DNA of 64,000 nt from Octopus bimaculoides (lineage: Eukaryota), in assembly GCF_001194135.2 (NCBI RefSeq), contig NC_068991.1:72030065-72094064 (forward strand), given 5' to 3'. The translations under genes were made by a program, and so were the position numbers. The notes beneath the pieces were generated by a model, which did not search any database, was not told the origin of the DNA, and worked only from the letters and a program-made list of their open reading frames with translations. Of this stretch, positions 25,895-38,823 are shown one piece after another (position 1 is the stretch's first letter; every line of letters starts with the position of its first letter).

Positions 25895-26789
25895 CAGCTG
25901 GAGGGTGTAGTATGTTTGTGATTGTAGCGTTGTATGTGGGTGACCTTGACCTTCAATCAAATAACAGTCATGTCTCACTACGTCAGTTAGTCATCAATGG
26001 ACATGTGCTTGAACCAATGTCCAGTACATTTGGCAATTTGTTGCAAGTTGAACAATGAGAAGTTTGCCAGAAGAACATGTTTCTATGAAATTTTCTGTTT
26101 TATATTGGATAAAAACATTTTTATGGAGACTTTTCTAATGCTGCATCAGGCATCAGAGAGGAGAACGAGCTGTGCACACATGTCATGAGTAGCACCTGAG
26201 CTTCAAATTAAGCAAATAAGATCATCTACTGAAAATGATTCTAAATCTTCCACCGATAAACAATAATCACATTGTGTAATTCCATGAATATTGTCAATTG
26301 ATAATCCATGAATTTCTGAAAAACTTTACAGACATCTGTACAAGTTTGTGCTACATGAATTCAGGAGAGTTGGGAGTTGTCTAATTGTTTGAATACTGAT
26401 GGAAACTTTCTGTAGTTTTATTAAATGTGACAAAACACAAGAGCGACCAACATCAAAAACAATAATTGTTGATGTGGATTAGACCAATGTCACTGCAAAA
26501 AAATAAACGAAAGCAAATCAGAGTGATGTTGATTGCCATTCTTGATTAGGGGTGCATCATTCATCAGGATGTTTCCCCATTGTCAGGTGAATGGAAAACA
26601 ATTTTACTTAGGTGTCTTGAGACATTTGAGAGACACAGTGACAATGCATTTCCTCAAGTGTCACTCCTATCTGTGACCGTTTGGCAAAGCAACAAGATGG
26701 TTTTTTAGCATCCCCACCACCACCAGGCTCTAATCTCCAGAAATGGTTGTGGGATATTTTTTCTTTTTTTTTGGAAAGTTGTTATACTT
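25895..26789 (+). mobile_element. Decayed mariner (DD34D-type) transposase, truncated by the gap
   Basis: Remnants FCFILDKNIFMETFLMLHQA (vs FCFKLGKTFTETFQLLQQA), VMLIA..D, HSDNA (HDNA), LAK...SPPPPGSNL (HPPYSPDL); many frameshifts. Confidence 0.8.
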
Positions 26790-27154
26790 NNNNNNNNNNN
26801 NNNNNNNNNNNNNNNNNNNNNNNNNNNNNNNNNNNNNNNNNNNNNNNNNNNNNNNNNNNNNNNNNNNNNNNNNNNNNNNNNNNNNNNNNNNNNNNNNNNN
26901 NNNNNNNNNNNNNNNNNNNNNNNNNNNNNNNNNNNNNNNNNNNNNNNNNNNNNNNNNNNNNNNNNNNNNNNNNNNNNNNNNNNNNNNNNNNNNNNNNNNN
27001 NNNNNNNNNNNNNNNNNNNNNNNNNNNNNNNNNNNNNNNNNNNNNNNNNNNNNNNNNNNNNNNNNNNNNNNNNNNNNNNNNNNNNNNNNNNNNNNNNNNN
27101 NNNNNNNNNNNNNNNNNNNNNNNNNNNNNNNNNNNNNNNNNNNNNNNNNNNNNN
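26790..27154. other. Assembly gap (N run)
   Basis: N bases. Other gaps: 33158-33853, 47841-48135, 52121-52804, 56655-56991, 58529-58538. Confidence 1.
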
Positions 27155-27239
27155 ATATATATATATATATAAATAAAATCATAGAGCAAGACAGATTAGA
27201 AATTAATTAGAAATTTCAAAAGATTATAAAAAAAAAAAA

Positions 27240-28500
27240 ATAAGGATCTGTTAGTAATGTCATCATAATGGAAACTACTGAATTTAAGTATAAAAAAAAA
27301 GGAAACATAACTGGGAATGAAGAATTAAAAGTCTGGTAATTCAGGAGTTAGAAATATTTAGATCTATGAAAAACGAGAAAAAAATATTGGTGGGGATAAG
27401 CCATTTAAGTTAGATCTTCAAGTAGAAGAAAGAAAGAAGTGTTGAGAATGATGGGATGATAGTTGAGATTAGGTTAACACTAGAGTGACAGTTATTAGAA
27501 GATCAATAATCAGAAGAAAAAAAGGTTGAATCATGCTGTAATAATGAAAGAATATTAAATAGTCCTTCACTGATTAAGGAATACTGTCCCTATTTCTAGT
27601 AGAATTGGCAGAAATGAGAACTAGTATTCTCCCAGGTTTTATTCCAGTTCCCACATAATTAACTGTAAGTCCTAAAATGTGTGATGTTACAGGTGCTTGT
27701 ATGTGCAGTGAAGGAAATTACTTCCTGATTATGTAGTACTTTGTAGTACCTAGGGAAAATTTCTTATACCACAGGCTAAGAGTTAACTTAATCCTTGTAA
27801 AGGAAACTGCATGGAAGCCTGTATTTATTGCAGAGAGTTAATCTTAATCTGCAGCTTGATTAAACACCACTGTTGGGTCTTTGGATGTCTTTAGTTCTTT
27901 AAAAGATTCCAGTCTATCATAAACATTTGGATCAGATGTCTAATCTGTGGATAATTTTCACACCAGTTTTGCCTTCCTTTGACTATGCCATAAAATAATT
28001 AAAATAAAAAATCTTTGAGTTATTTTTATCAGGTCTGCTGAAGAAACTTGACTTGCCAATGCAGCAATCTTCTTAATATTATTAAAACTGTGATATCTTT
28101 TGAGAACATGCCTCTCCAAAGAATTAAATCTATTCCTAATATATTTCTTTTACTGACCCAATTTGGACTTAGATACAGAACTAGAAATGTAAATATTTTT
28201 TTCATTGTTGTCTTTGTCGAAAGTAACAAATATAAATTGGGGAGAGCTGTACAGAAGCTGTTTAATGAGTTAACCTTAAGTTTAAGATGAATTTAGGTTG
28301 TTCCGAATAAATATATGAACCATTTGGAGATTAATATCATAATTTGTAAACAATCTCCAATAGTGTGTCCAAACATTTGTATTTGCAAACTCACCAAAAA
28401 CATTCTGTTGTGGAAAAGATGTTAGCAGGAAAGTTATCTAATGACAATGACCCAAAAATGTTATAAAGTCTTGATTTGGACTATTGAGGTAACATAGTAG
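27240..28500 (-). mobile_element. Highly decayed CR1/L2-like LINE RT and 3' remnant
   Basis: Weak remnants such as NILGIDLILW...; identification tentative. Confidence 0.35.
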
Positions 28501-29045
28501 AAGCCCAAGTTCAAATGTAACAAAAAAAAAAAAAGAAAAAAAGGAAAGGTCTACCTTGTTAAATTTAGAAATGTATGAACTCATTTGTGAATTTGAAAAA
28601 CACAGTTATTATCAATCAACTGCAATCAAGTTAGTGGTACATGAAATAAAAACAACAAAACAATAAAAACTAAAGGTTATTTGTGAGAATCCCCTCCCCC
28701 CCATGACAATTGTGTAATAAGGAAAATGAGGTGATTATTAATTAAAAACTTATGTTACACACAAAAATGTGTTTAAACAGCTGGTTGCAACCAACTCAGA
28801 TGGACAATGTCTTTGAAGTAACAGCAACAACAGCAATGAGAAGATGGCAGGAAACAAAAAAAAAACCTACTCAATTCTTGCTATTTCTATTTACATCATT
28901 TAAATTTGTGCCAAAAATCCACAAAACAAACATTTTTAGGTTTTTGAAATGAAATTTTGAGACACTAAAAAACTGTTCCAAATGATCAAACTCATTGATA
29001 TTGTTGCTTTTTATGTAATTTTATACATAGCAGCAATGATCTCAC

Positions 29046-29072
29046 CAAGCTTGCGGCTGCGCATTAGCTGTA
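29046..29072 (-). other. Candidate 27-nt phase 2-2 microexon (TANAQPQA)
   Basis: Strong donor TTG|GTGAGA; acceptor caccag with a weak pyrimidine tract; open only with this acceptor. Confidence 0.3.
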
Positions 29073-30483
29073 CTGGTGTTGCGCATTATAATTCATAAAG
29101 ATATGCTGGATAAGCTGCACGAAAATTCGAATGCCACGCATTAGCTTTGCATTTAAAATAATTCTGCTGAAGGCATGAAAAATTCTGTTAAGTGATTGGG
29201 GAAAATTTGAAGGGACACTGAAGAGCAGCCAAAGTTTTGCACTCTAAGAATATCTACATTAGGTAACATAGTCCTAGATATACTATGCTTAAAAAAAAAA
29301 AGGGTCAAGGCTCGCAACCAGGTCCAAGCTGGAGCTAAACAACAATATTCTATGGTATTTAAGCTTTCTAATTCTAGATTAGAAATCCAATTTCTCAATT
29401 AATTATACACATAAAACATGGTAATTAGTTTTTAGGATACTATGTATACTAGTTTTTCATATTAATTAAAATCTCGCCTGTTTGAACTAACAAAAAAAAA
29501 AAAAAAGTTATGTTTTAACTTATTCAAACAAAATTTTCTCTCAGGTAAATATCGGAGATAACAAAGACAAGAGCTTTCTTAAGCACTGCTTATATTTATA
29601 TATTCCATATTACAGCAATTCAATTCCATAAATTAAAAAGGAACAGCAGATAGGAATAAAGATTGTGATCCAACTTTAAATATTTTCCTTGGCAATGATA
29701 AAATTGTATTTGATTACTATACTACTAACATTGAAGTAATCCCAGGTATTGCTGTATGGTCAAGAAGCTCACTTCACAACTACACGATTTCAGGTTCAAT
29801 TCCACCGTGTGTCCTATTCTGCAAGTGTCGACAATCATAGGCTCAGGTCAACCAATGCCTTGCAAATGAAATTAGGCAGCTGGAAAGGAGATGGTCAGTT
29901 CATGTTCAGATTTAACAGCACTAGATGGCCCATGGTTGTAAATATTTGTGTAGGTCTCCCACTAGTCAGGGAAGCCTTTATTAAGAGTCATGTGAGGTAC
30001 TCTTCCTCTCCTAAGGCATTAAAAATAAAAGAAGTCAACAGATAATCTAAGTGGATCACAACTTTTATTCCTGTCTGCTGGTCCTTCTTAATTTATAGAA
30101 TTATATTGTTGGTGAGTTACGATTGGGTTATTATTAGTTATCATATATGAAGTTCTGCTCTACAATCTATTAGAGACTAAATGGAATGTTGATAATTTCT
30201 TTGGTAAATCCATGAACTAATTTATTATAAAGCTTAAGAAATCATTAGCTGGCTTTTGAGTACTTGGGGAAAAAAATGAAAAAAAAAAAAAAAAAAGGGA
30301 AAGCAGATTAGGGAAATTTAGATAAAGAATAGTACTGGTTTAAAAGAGTGGGTAAAAGAAAGTTAAGTAGACATATTATGAATTAAAGATTGTATCTGAA
30401 AATTATGAGAGAACGCAGAGATGGGTAAAAGGCAGAATTTACTGGCCGGCATGCAGCAGATATATAATAGAGCGCTATTTTAC

Positions 30484-30714
30484 ATTTTTTGTTTGGTTGC
30501 AACAGTGGCATTCTGTTCGATTGCGACAGGGGCATTCTGCTCAATTGCGACAGGGGCATTCTGCTCGATTGCGACAGGGGCATTCTGCTCGATTGCGACA
30601 GGGGCATTCTGCTCAATTGCAACAGTGGCATTCTGTTTCCCTTTGCTATCTGCCGGATCCACTTCTGACACCTCATCAAAAGGATTCCTTTTGTTCTCCT
30701 GTTGTGGCTCTTCC
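30484..30714 (-). CDS. PACSIN: PACSIN linker cassette exon with NPF and an 8-aa tandem repeat: EEPQQENKRNPFDEVSEVDPADSKGK(QNA[P/T]VAIE)x5 QNATVATKQK
   Basis: Acceptor tttttttag, donor AT|GTAAAA; 231 nt, phase 2-2, open frame with NPFDE. Confidence 0.8.
30499..30642 (-). repeat. Coding 24-bp tandem repeat, 6 units (QNAPVAIE)
   Basis: Plus-strand unit ggggcattctgctc(a/g)attgcgaca, near-identical copies. Confidence 0.95.
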
Positions 30715-31689
30715 CTAAAAAAATTCCCAAGTAGGAATGATAAACTTGAAATAGCTTACTGACTTTAAGCATTAAAAGCATAGTATTTAGATAATCCATT
30801 GAAAGAGAGGGGATTATTTTACAGTAATTATCTTGGAATATATTATAATCTGAAAATATCATTTACAAGTGTAGGTTAGTAAAATATTCAGGTTATTAAA
30901 ATTTCAAGAAAAGTAAAAATACATTTTTTTACAATATATTTTTTATAACATCTACTTTGAATTGCCTAAATGAAAATTCTGCATTTTTACCACCAAATAT
31001 ACAAAATATATTAATTTGTTAAAATCAAAATAGTTTAAAGTTTCCCACAAAAAATGTTGAAATGTACAACCCTAAATTTGTCCTATTGTCTTTTATAAAG
31101 GGATAATATTTAAACATAACACAGGGTTCTGCAAACACCTAATTGACTGCATTAAATGTTGAGAGTTATATATCTTTTTAGAAGAATTAGAACTGTAATT
31201 TTTGATTTTCTTTTTTTTTTGGTTTTCCAATTTCCGCTCAATAATTTCAACCTCTTGAAGGCTACTCTTGTATTCATAGCATCATTATTCAAAAATCCTT
31301 TCTGGTAATACCTTTTTTCTGAATTTGTTATTCTAAATAATTTTCTCTTCTCTAATTTATGACTTCCTAACTCTTCTACATATAAAGCAGAAAGGTCCAA
31401 GCAATTACAAAGTGAAATCAAAATCTATAAATACTAATGAATTGAAGAAAAGAAACAAAAATACAATTTGTAAAATTAAATGGGCTGCAAAATAAAACAA
31501 TCTTAACGCAATTCTAGAAATTCAAATGAAACATTACACACAGAAAATTATACACCAAGAAATATTTAAAAGCAGTCATTAAATATGTGGTTGGCTAGTG
31601 TTTTTATGGAAAATAACTGAGATAATGTCAACTAAACAGATTTTATTAGAGATATTTCCATGTTTCGCCTATTTTTATTTTCCTGACAA

Positions 31690-32075
31690 GATGACATAAC
31701 ATCAGTGCATCCACTCACTGCCTCCCTGCATGATGTGACAACAATCATCCAGGAAGTGGGTCTCAAACTCAAACTTAAGCATTTCACAAAAAGTTATATG
31801 GAGCACATACGTGTGAAAATTCCTTGCTATTATTATTATATGGTAGTGAAACATGGACACTGACAAAGAAATTGTCAAACGGGCTAAATGGATGTGACAC
31901 AAGGGTGCCACAAATGGCCCTAAATGTGAAACGGCAGCAACGTATATGACAAATGGATGCCTTTAAGGAGACCTGCTGAAAGTTAGCAAGAAGGTCAGGC
32001 AAAGATGGCTGCAACCATCTGGTTACTGCATGCATTATTCTGAACTGGAAGCATCCGAGTTAGTATTTATATGCC
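31690..32075 (+). mobile_element. RTE-clade LINE RT C-terminal fragment
   Basis: LLYGSETWTLTKKLSNGLNGCDTR...MALNV...ELEASELV, characteristic of RTE ORF2. Confidence 0.8.
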
Positions 32076-33102
32076 TTATCTCTATATTGTTATGTCAAAC
32101 GACCAATGAATAGATGACAGTCTATATATGGTCATGTGAAAAGAGCCAATGGAAAAAAAAAAGTAATGTTCAACTCATCTATGAAATATAATAATGAAAA
32201 GCACTGAATATTTTATTTACTACAAGCAAATATAAAAAACTAGTTGGTCACAGTTGGAGTGGCTTTCATCATAGGCCTGCTTGATTAGGAGTGATCTTAT
32301 CTGGTTAATTCAACTGTGAAACTATAATTAAATCTCATCCCTTTTTCTAACTTGAAGTTAAAGAAATAAAAAATAAAAAAAAAATAAAGCAATCAATTCG
32401 GCTAATGAGGTGTCTCAGTAATATTAAATCAAGAAGCAATTACTCAACTATACAATGAGACAATGAGGGAGCCACAACAACAACAACTACAACTACTCAA
32501 GTACACAATTGTTGTACCTGTTTGGCAAGTGATTTGAAACCGAGTTGAATCTTGTGTGTTTGAATCATATCATTCTGCCAACACAGACTCTTGTATTGCT
32601 TTTACAATAGTACAAACACACACACACATTATTCAGCATCAGTGCTTTATTATTCATTTATGATCTGGTCATTGACACAACTTTGCAGTATGTATACAGT
32701 TAAAAAAAATGTCAGTCATCTAATAAATATTACACTTAAGAAAATATGTGTATGTGTGTGTGCGTGTATATAAGCACTAAGCCATCACTTGCAGGTGACT
32801 GCAACATGCTAGTATGTAGTGTGCTTGGCTTAGGACCAATATAGTCACAACCAGACACACAATCTATCTCCACTCCCCAACCCCCGACCCAAAGGAACAT
32901 CCAAGATGTCACAGTTGCACCAGCATTAGTTTTTCCTTTCTTTTCATGTGAGTAGACTGGAGTGATGTGAAATGAATTGCCTTGCTCAAGGACACAATGT
33001 GGCACCTTGTCCAGGAACTGAACCCACAACCTTATGGTTTTGTGTCCAACACCCTAACTACTAGACCCCACACATTCACGTATTACTGTGCAAAATGATA
33101 GA

Positions 33103-33157
<55 letters not shown>

Positions 33158-33868
33158 NNNNNNNNNNNNNNNNNNNNNNNNNNNNNNNNNNNNNNNNNNN
33201 NNNNNNNNNNNNNNNNNNNNNNNNNNNNNNNNNNNNNNNNNNNNNNNNNNNNNNNNNNNNNNNNNNNNNNNNNNNNNNNNNNNNNNNNNNNNNNNNNNNN
33301 NNNNNNNNNNNNNNNNNNNNNNNNNNNNNNNNNNNNNNNNNNNNNNNNNNNNNNNNNNNNNNNNNNNNNNNNNNNNNNNNNNNNNNNNNNNNNNNNNNNN
33401 NNNNNNNNNNNNNNNNNNNNNNNNNNNNNNNNNNNNNNNNNNNNNNNNNNNNNNNNNNNNNNNNNNNNNNNNNNNNNNNNNNNNNNNNNNNNNNNNNNNN
33501 NNNNNNNNNNNNNNNNNNNNNNNNNNNNNNNNNNNNNNNNNNNNNNNNNNNNNNNNNNNNNNNNNNNNNNNNNNNNNNNNNNNNNNNNNNNNNNNNNNNN
33601 NNNNNNNNNNNNNNNNNNNNNNNNNNNNNNNNNNNNNNNNNNNNNNNNNNNNNNNNNNNNNNNNNNNNNNNNNNNNNNNNNNNNNNNNNNNNNNNNNNNN
33701 NNNNNNNNNNNNNNNNNNNNNNNNNNNNNNNNNNNNNNNNNNNNNNNNNNNNNNNNNNNNNNNNNNNNNNNNNNNNNNNNNNNNNNNNNNNNNNNNNNNN
33801 NNNNNNNNNNNNNNNNNNNNNNNNNNNNNNNNNNNNNNNNNNNNNNNNNNNNNCCACCTTAATAAGAA

Positions 33869-33870
<2 letters not shown>

Positions 33871-33964
<94 letters not shown>
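33871..33964. repeat. (AAT)n microsatellite
   Basis: Direct observation; explains the poly-Ile and poly-Leu ORFs. Confidence 0.95.
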
Positions 33965-33967
<3 letters not shown>

Positions 33968-34755
33968 CAATAATAATCATGGTTTGATAACAGATTTCCT
34001 GCAGTGCATTTTTTGTTTTTTGAAAGTGAAATGAAACTGAAATACTGTTTAAATTAAAAGTGAATTAATACAATTGAATGTTCTTCAGTGCTTCTAAATG
34101 CTAGAATTAAGTTTCTCCATGAATACTTGATGATATTGAGACATAGAACATTATCAATATCACTGGTGAAATGGAACTGCCAAAAGACAGTATCTACATG
34201 CTTTTTTAAACTACGAATTGAATATTAAAACACTATTCTAAGATTCGGAGAGAGAAAGGGAAGCAGAGTGAAAAAGGTAAAGAATGAAATGCATTTGAAG
34301 AAACGGCATTTCGAACAGAATATTTCTAGAGATCAAACCAAACTAACAATTCACTGATTCATTGAGATTAACTGATTGGGAAGATGCAATAAATCATAGA
34401 CATAAAGCCCTTGCCATACATAAGAAGTATCAAATACAAAATACAAGCTAACCTCATCTCATTTTCCCAAGATTGGCAAGCAAAGGAACAATGTTAATTC
34501 TGCAATGTATTTGTTTACTTAACAAGCAAAAAAAATGTTCCATGCAAAATATTTGCAATGCAGAGTTACTGTAAAAATGCATTACCATTCAACTCATTAA
34601 ATATAAATACATTTTTGGCCTTCTTTCATTTTTATGGTCATTATAAAAAAAAATTTTTTTAAAAGGGGCCATTATTTAAGAAAATAATTGAAGCTACAAA
34701 CCATTTTAGCAATTAAAACAACTCACAATGCTAATTTAGGAAATGTGTATATATT

Positions 34756-35159
34756 TTAACCCTTTTGACACCAACTCACCCAGGACTGTCTCTGGTACTT
34801 ATTACACAAACTTCCAGTTTTGAAGTTGTCTAAGTTAAAATTTTCCATCTTCGTGATTTATGTTCCAAACACCAGCTTAATAATGATTTTTAGATTTTGG
34901 TAAAAGGCCAGCAATTTTAGGAGAAGTTCCAAGTTGATTATGTTGATCCCAACTGGTCCTTATTTAGCAGAATTTGAACTTGGGACATAAAAATGGACGG
35001 AATGCCACCAAGCATTTTGTGTGCTGTGCTAACAATTTTGCCAGCTCACAACCTTAATAACGACAGCTATTTTACAAAATTCTTCATTATTTTCAAAATC
35101 AAATGAAACAGAACAATGGCAGTGTATTTCAAGAGAAATATGGTAACAAAAGGGTTCAA
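34756..35159. mobile_element. piggyBac-like MITE family G with a nested SINE A (34884-35052)
   Basis: ttaacccttttg ... caaaagggtt(c)aa ends; the SINE is flanked by a CTTAATAA direct repeat (34876-34883, 35053-35060). Related fragments at about 22945-23140 and 24206-24422. Confidence 0.75.
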
Positions 35160-36110
35160 TATATTTTTCCTTTTGAGAGAAACCATCTTTATTTTAAACA
35201 ATAAATGTCAGATACAAATACCCCACCTTTTCATTTCTACTTCCTTTGAATTTTAAAAGAATTATCTCCAAATATATCAAATGGTAATCATCATCGTTAC
35301 ACTTTGATCTTAGCCAAAAGGCGTTCTTTCAATTCATTTTAATCCTCCATTTCTAACAACTCATTATAATCATCTGCTGGAAAGTTTTGCATCATATGAA
35401 ATTACAAATTTGAAGCAATTTCTCTATACTCCAATCCTACCTGCTAAATTATTCTGATTAAATTAAACAGAAACGTATTTATTTTACTAAAGTTAAATAT
35501 ACACATCTGGCAAAAATATATCTGCACAATTTGTAAACTACCAATAGTAAAAGGAAATGTGTATAGAATGATAGTGAAATTAATTTACAGCTAAAGTGTA
35601 ATTTTAAAAAGATAGTTTTTTTTTTTTTAATGATTCAGGTCCCAACTGAGTATAAACATAAATAGAAAAAGAAAAATAAGTGACTGAGAAAATGACTTGA
35701 GTGTGTCTCAGTTTGATCACACAAGAGTAAATCCAATAAAGAGAAATGACACATCTATGTATAATTAAAATGGACAATCAGAAGGATAGTTTCCTTGATA
35801 ATAGGAAGATTTCAGATAATATTCATATACAAAATAACGAAATAACAATATAACAAGCAATGACATAAAAAAAAAAAAAAACTTTTTACCACTAAAATGG
35901 TCAAACTAATGTTTGAAAAACTGAAATAAAAAGAAAAGATTAATCCAAAATGTTGATGGTTACACATGATATTGTGAATAATTGTTATTTTGAAAATAAA
36001 ATTAATTAATGCCTAGAATATAACAGCTCTTTTTCTGGTTATAAGGATAACAGGTAAAAGATCTCAGTAGATTGTGTTAAAACAAATTTAACCAATAGAA
36101 ATGTTCAGAA

Positions 36111-36336
36111 TTAACCCTTTAGCATTTAAACCAGCCATATCTGGCCCAAATATTCTACCTGTTTTATGTTCAAACTTGTCAGATCCTGCCTCTCACACCT
36201 ACCCTACAATGTCCTAAAAATAAACAACCACATCGTTGAAATCTCAAAGCAATGAGATAATGCATGATTAATTCAAAACAATGGTGAATCAATGAGTATT
36301 TCATTTGATAGAGTAACATGAATGCTAAAGAGTTAA
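36111..36336. mobile_element. piggyBac-like MITE family F
   Basis: TTAA-CCCTTTAGCATT ... AATGCTAAAGAG-TTAA terminal inverted repeats. Confidence 0.85.
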
Positions 36337-36891
36337 AAAAGAAACTGATACGGCTTCTTCAAATATGAACAATATTGAAACTAAATGAAATAATATTTAG
36401 TTGCTGGTGAAAAGTTCGCAACGATTATACATATATAGCAATCAACATAACAAAACACTGGATAGTTTATTAGAAATATATAAAGTTCTGGAACCACTGA
36501 ATACTCCTGGCATCTATACATTAATAGAATAATCTTGGTGTCTGTATTTATTAATATATTTACAGGAGATATGTTTTCTTGACGATCGCCAATATTTATT
36601 ATTATTATTATTGACAAAACATTTTCTAGAAATTAGAAATTAGTTTAAGTTATATTTAATAATAACCAAATTATTTTATTTATCTTTATTGTATTTATTC
36701 AATTTAATTTATTTTACTTATACAAAATTACAAGAGTGAATATTTTGGAATAAAACAACAGAAAATAATATAGTGACTATGGTAAACTAAGGGAAACTAT
36801 GCTGTGGCATGCTAAAGTCCAATAGCTATTGCTACAGTATTTGGTTGAATAAACTGAAGGTTTGTGGCAGTTGCAGTGAGGAGTCTCAAAC

Positions 36892-37059
36892 CTGCCAAAA
36901 GGATTTTTATCAATAGCTTGCAGGCCACATAGCGCATGAGCAGACAAAGACTCAGAGATTTTAATCATGGCATTTGTGGCATGGCTTGTCCACCTTCCAG
37001 TAAAGGACTTTGATATGTTGACAACGTAAGAGAGTTTTGATTTCACACCATTAGTAAAT
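36892..37059 (-). CDS. PACSIN: Candidate PACSIN cassette exon ending in NPF: FTNGVKSKLSYVVNISKS...LQAIDKNPFG
   Basis: Strong acceptor tattttcacag; phase-2 entry is the open frame; weaker donor CAG|GTTTGA directly after NPFG; 168 nt, 2-2. Confidence 0.5.
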
Positions 37060-37261
37060 CTGTGAAAATATACAGCATGAATGGAAGAAACAAGATATAT
37101 ATATATATATGTATGAACGTTACTAATGTTTCAATAAAATATTTCCAAAATTAGTTTTTAAACAACAGTAAAGTGGATACTCATTAACAACATATGTATA
37201 TTGATTAGATAATACTCTTTAACCCTATTTAATTGTCTCTCCTCATCTCATCACCTTTGTT

Positions 37262-37420
37262 GTGCCCAACCGTTCTCCCAGGCCCTGCATTAACCAATAT
37301 ATCCAATCCTTCCCTCCCAAAATGTCAGATCTCTGGAATTTTCTCCCCGTTTATGTCTTTTATACAACTGTAGACTTACAAATTGAGATGAACATTAACA
37401 GCTTCAGTCTCACTGGTCGG
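37262..37420 (+). mobile_element. CR1-like LINE 3' end fragment
   Basis: SFPPKMSDLWNFLPVYVF...DLQ resembles the SFxPRTSxLWNxLP end of CR1/L2 ORF2. Confidence 0.6.
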
Positions 37421-38823
37421 GGGGGGGGGGGACTGAAAAGAACCCTTCCTCTAGACCAAGCAAGTAAAAAGTAAATAATGCTGCTATACTTTTATTGCTT
37501 AATAGAGTGCTATTAAATTCATACATACACAAAACTATATTCATAAGAGATTTATAAACATAATATCAAACAATCAATAATATTATGATTATAAGAAATT
37601 ATTATATTCTCCAAATAATTCTATTTCTATCTGCCAACGAACCAACTAGCCAACCAACCAATATATAATCATGTACTTAGTGATTCTTCCATCACTACTT
37701 CACCAAGTATAGCGAAGTCTATGCTTGCTTCATGTTTGCTTCAGTGATGAGGTCATAATAGAAAACATGACTGGAGTTATGTCCCTTACTCGAACAAAAT
37801 AATTAAAGTTATATTAATCATTAACTAATACTAATTTTTCCCCACCCCAGATATATTTCTAACTACGTTTTTAATGCTAAGCTTATTACATACCTTAACA
37901 CCAGATTAATTAAAATAATTCAATCAATCGACAATAATCCAGTAGAATTCTTTTTATATTTTCATTTCACTACATTAGATTACAATGCAGCAAATCAAAC
38001 TTGAAAATATTTCTTCAATTTTAAAAATTCATAGAATACCATTTGCCATTATCTTGTATCTACATCCCTAAACTAACTCTAACTCTTTATTTCAAAGAAA
38101 AACAAAATCATCAAAGCAAAAACAAAATTCATGAATCCAAATCACATGATCTAAAAATTTCTTATTTTCTAATATATGCACCTTACAAAACATAGTGGTA
38201 AAAAAAAAAATTCTGTAAAAAGTTTATACCTAATCTGCTTTTAACTTTTTTTTCCTTTTTTTTTATATACTAAGACCACAAGAAATTAGCTTTGGCTTCT
38301 TAGATGTTTGATGTCAAAAAGTATCCTTTGTCCATCTAACATGAACAACAACCAAAACGTAGCATATTTATTTTGTGAACAGAAATGTTTATATCTAAAA
38401 CTTCAAGTAAGAAGTTATATAGATTGGCCTAGGGCTATAGAAGACACTTGCCCAAGGTGCCACGCAATGAGGCTGAACCTGAAACCATGTGGTTGCAAGG
38501 TGAACATCTTAATCATACAGCCATGCCTACACTTATGTGGGATTAAACAAAAATTCTTTGGTAGAATCTAAATTGTTTTGCACGACAAAAAAGTACAAAG
38601 GGGTATAATAAAAGAAACGGAAAGGCTGTTTGATAATGGCAATTATTGATAATTAGTTAAATATTTTAAAAATTACTCCCCACCCCCATCTCCAAAACGA
38701 ATAAAGTATAATTAAAAACAAAGAATTTTTTTTGAAATGCTTTAAAAAGTACTTTGGTATATTACTGAGTTGAGATATCTGAAGAACAAAAGCCTAACTG
38801 CCAACTTGTACAGTTCCAAGTAC

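Noticed and set aside
26681-27210. Long ORFs spanning N gaps (also 33054-33987, 47615-48163, 56596-57054)
   Set aside because: Artefacts of translating N runs and flanking AT/AAT microsatellites.
30383-30862. Alternative-frame and antisense ORFs over the 24-bp repeat, and a CRISPR-like reading of it
   Set aside because: Shadows of the tandem repeat; units are contiguous with no spacers, the context is eukaryotic, and there are no cas genes.
35627-35645. Strong acceptor followed by WDLNH* (alternative end)
   Set aside because: No donor or poly(A) support; such acceptors are common in T-rich introns.
36381-36617. 78-aa AT-rich ORF, possible NUMT or membrane protein
   Set aside because: No recognisable mitochondrial or other motif.
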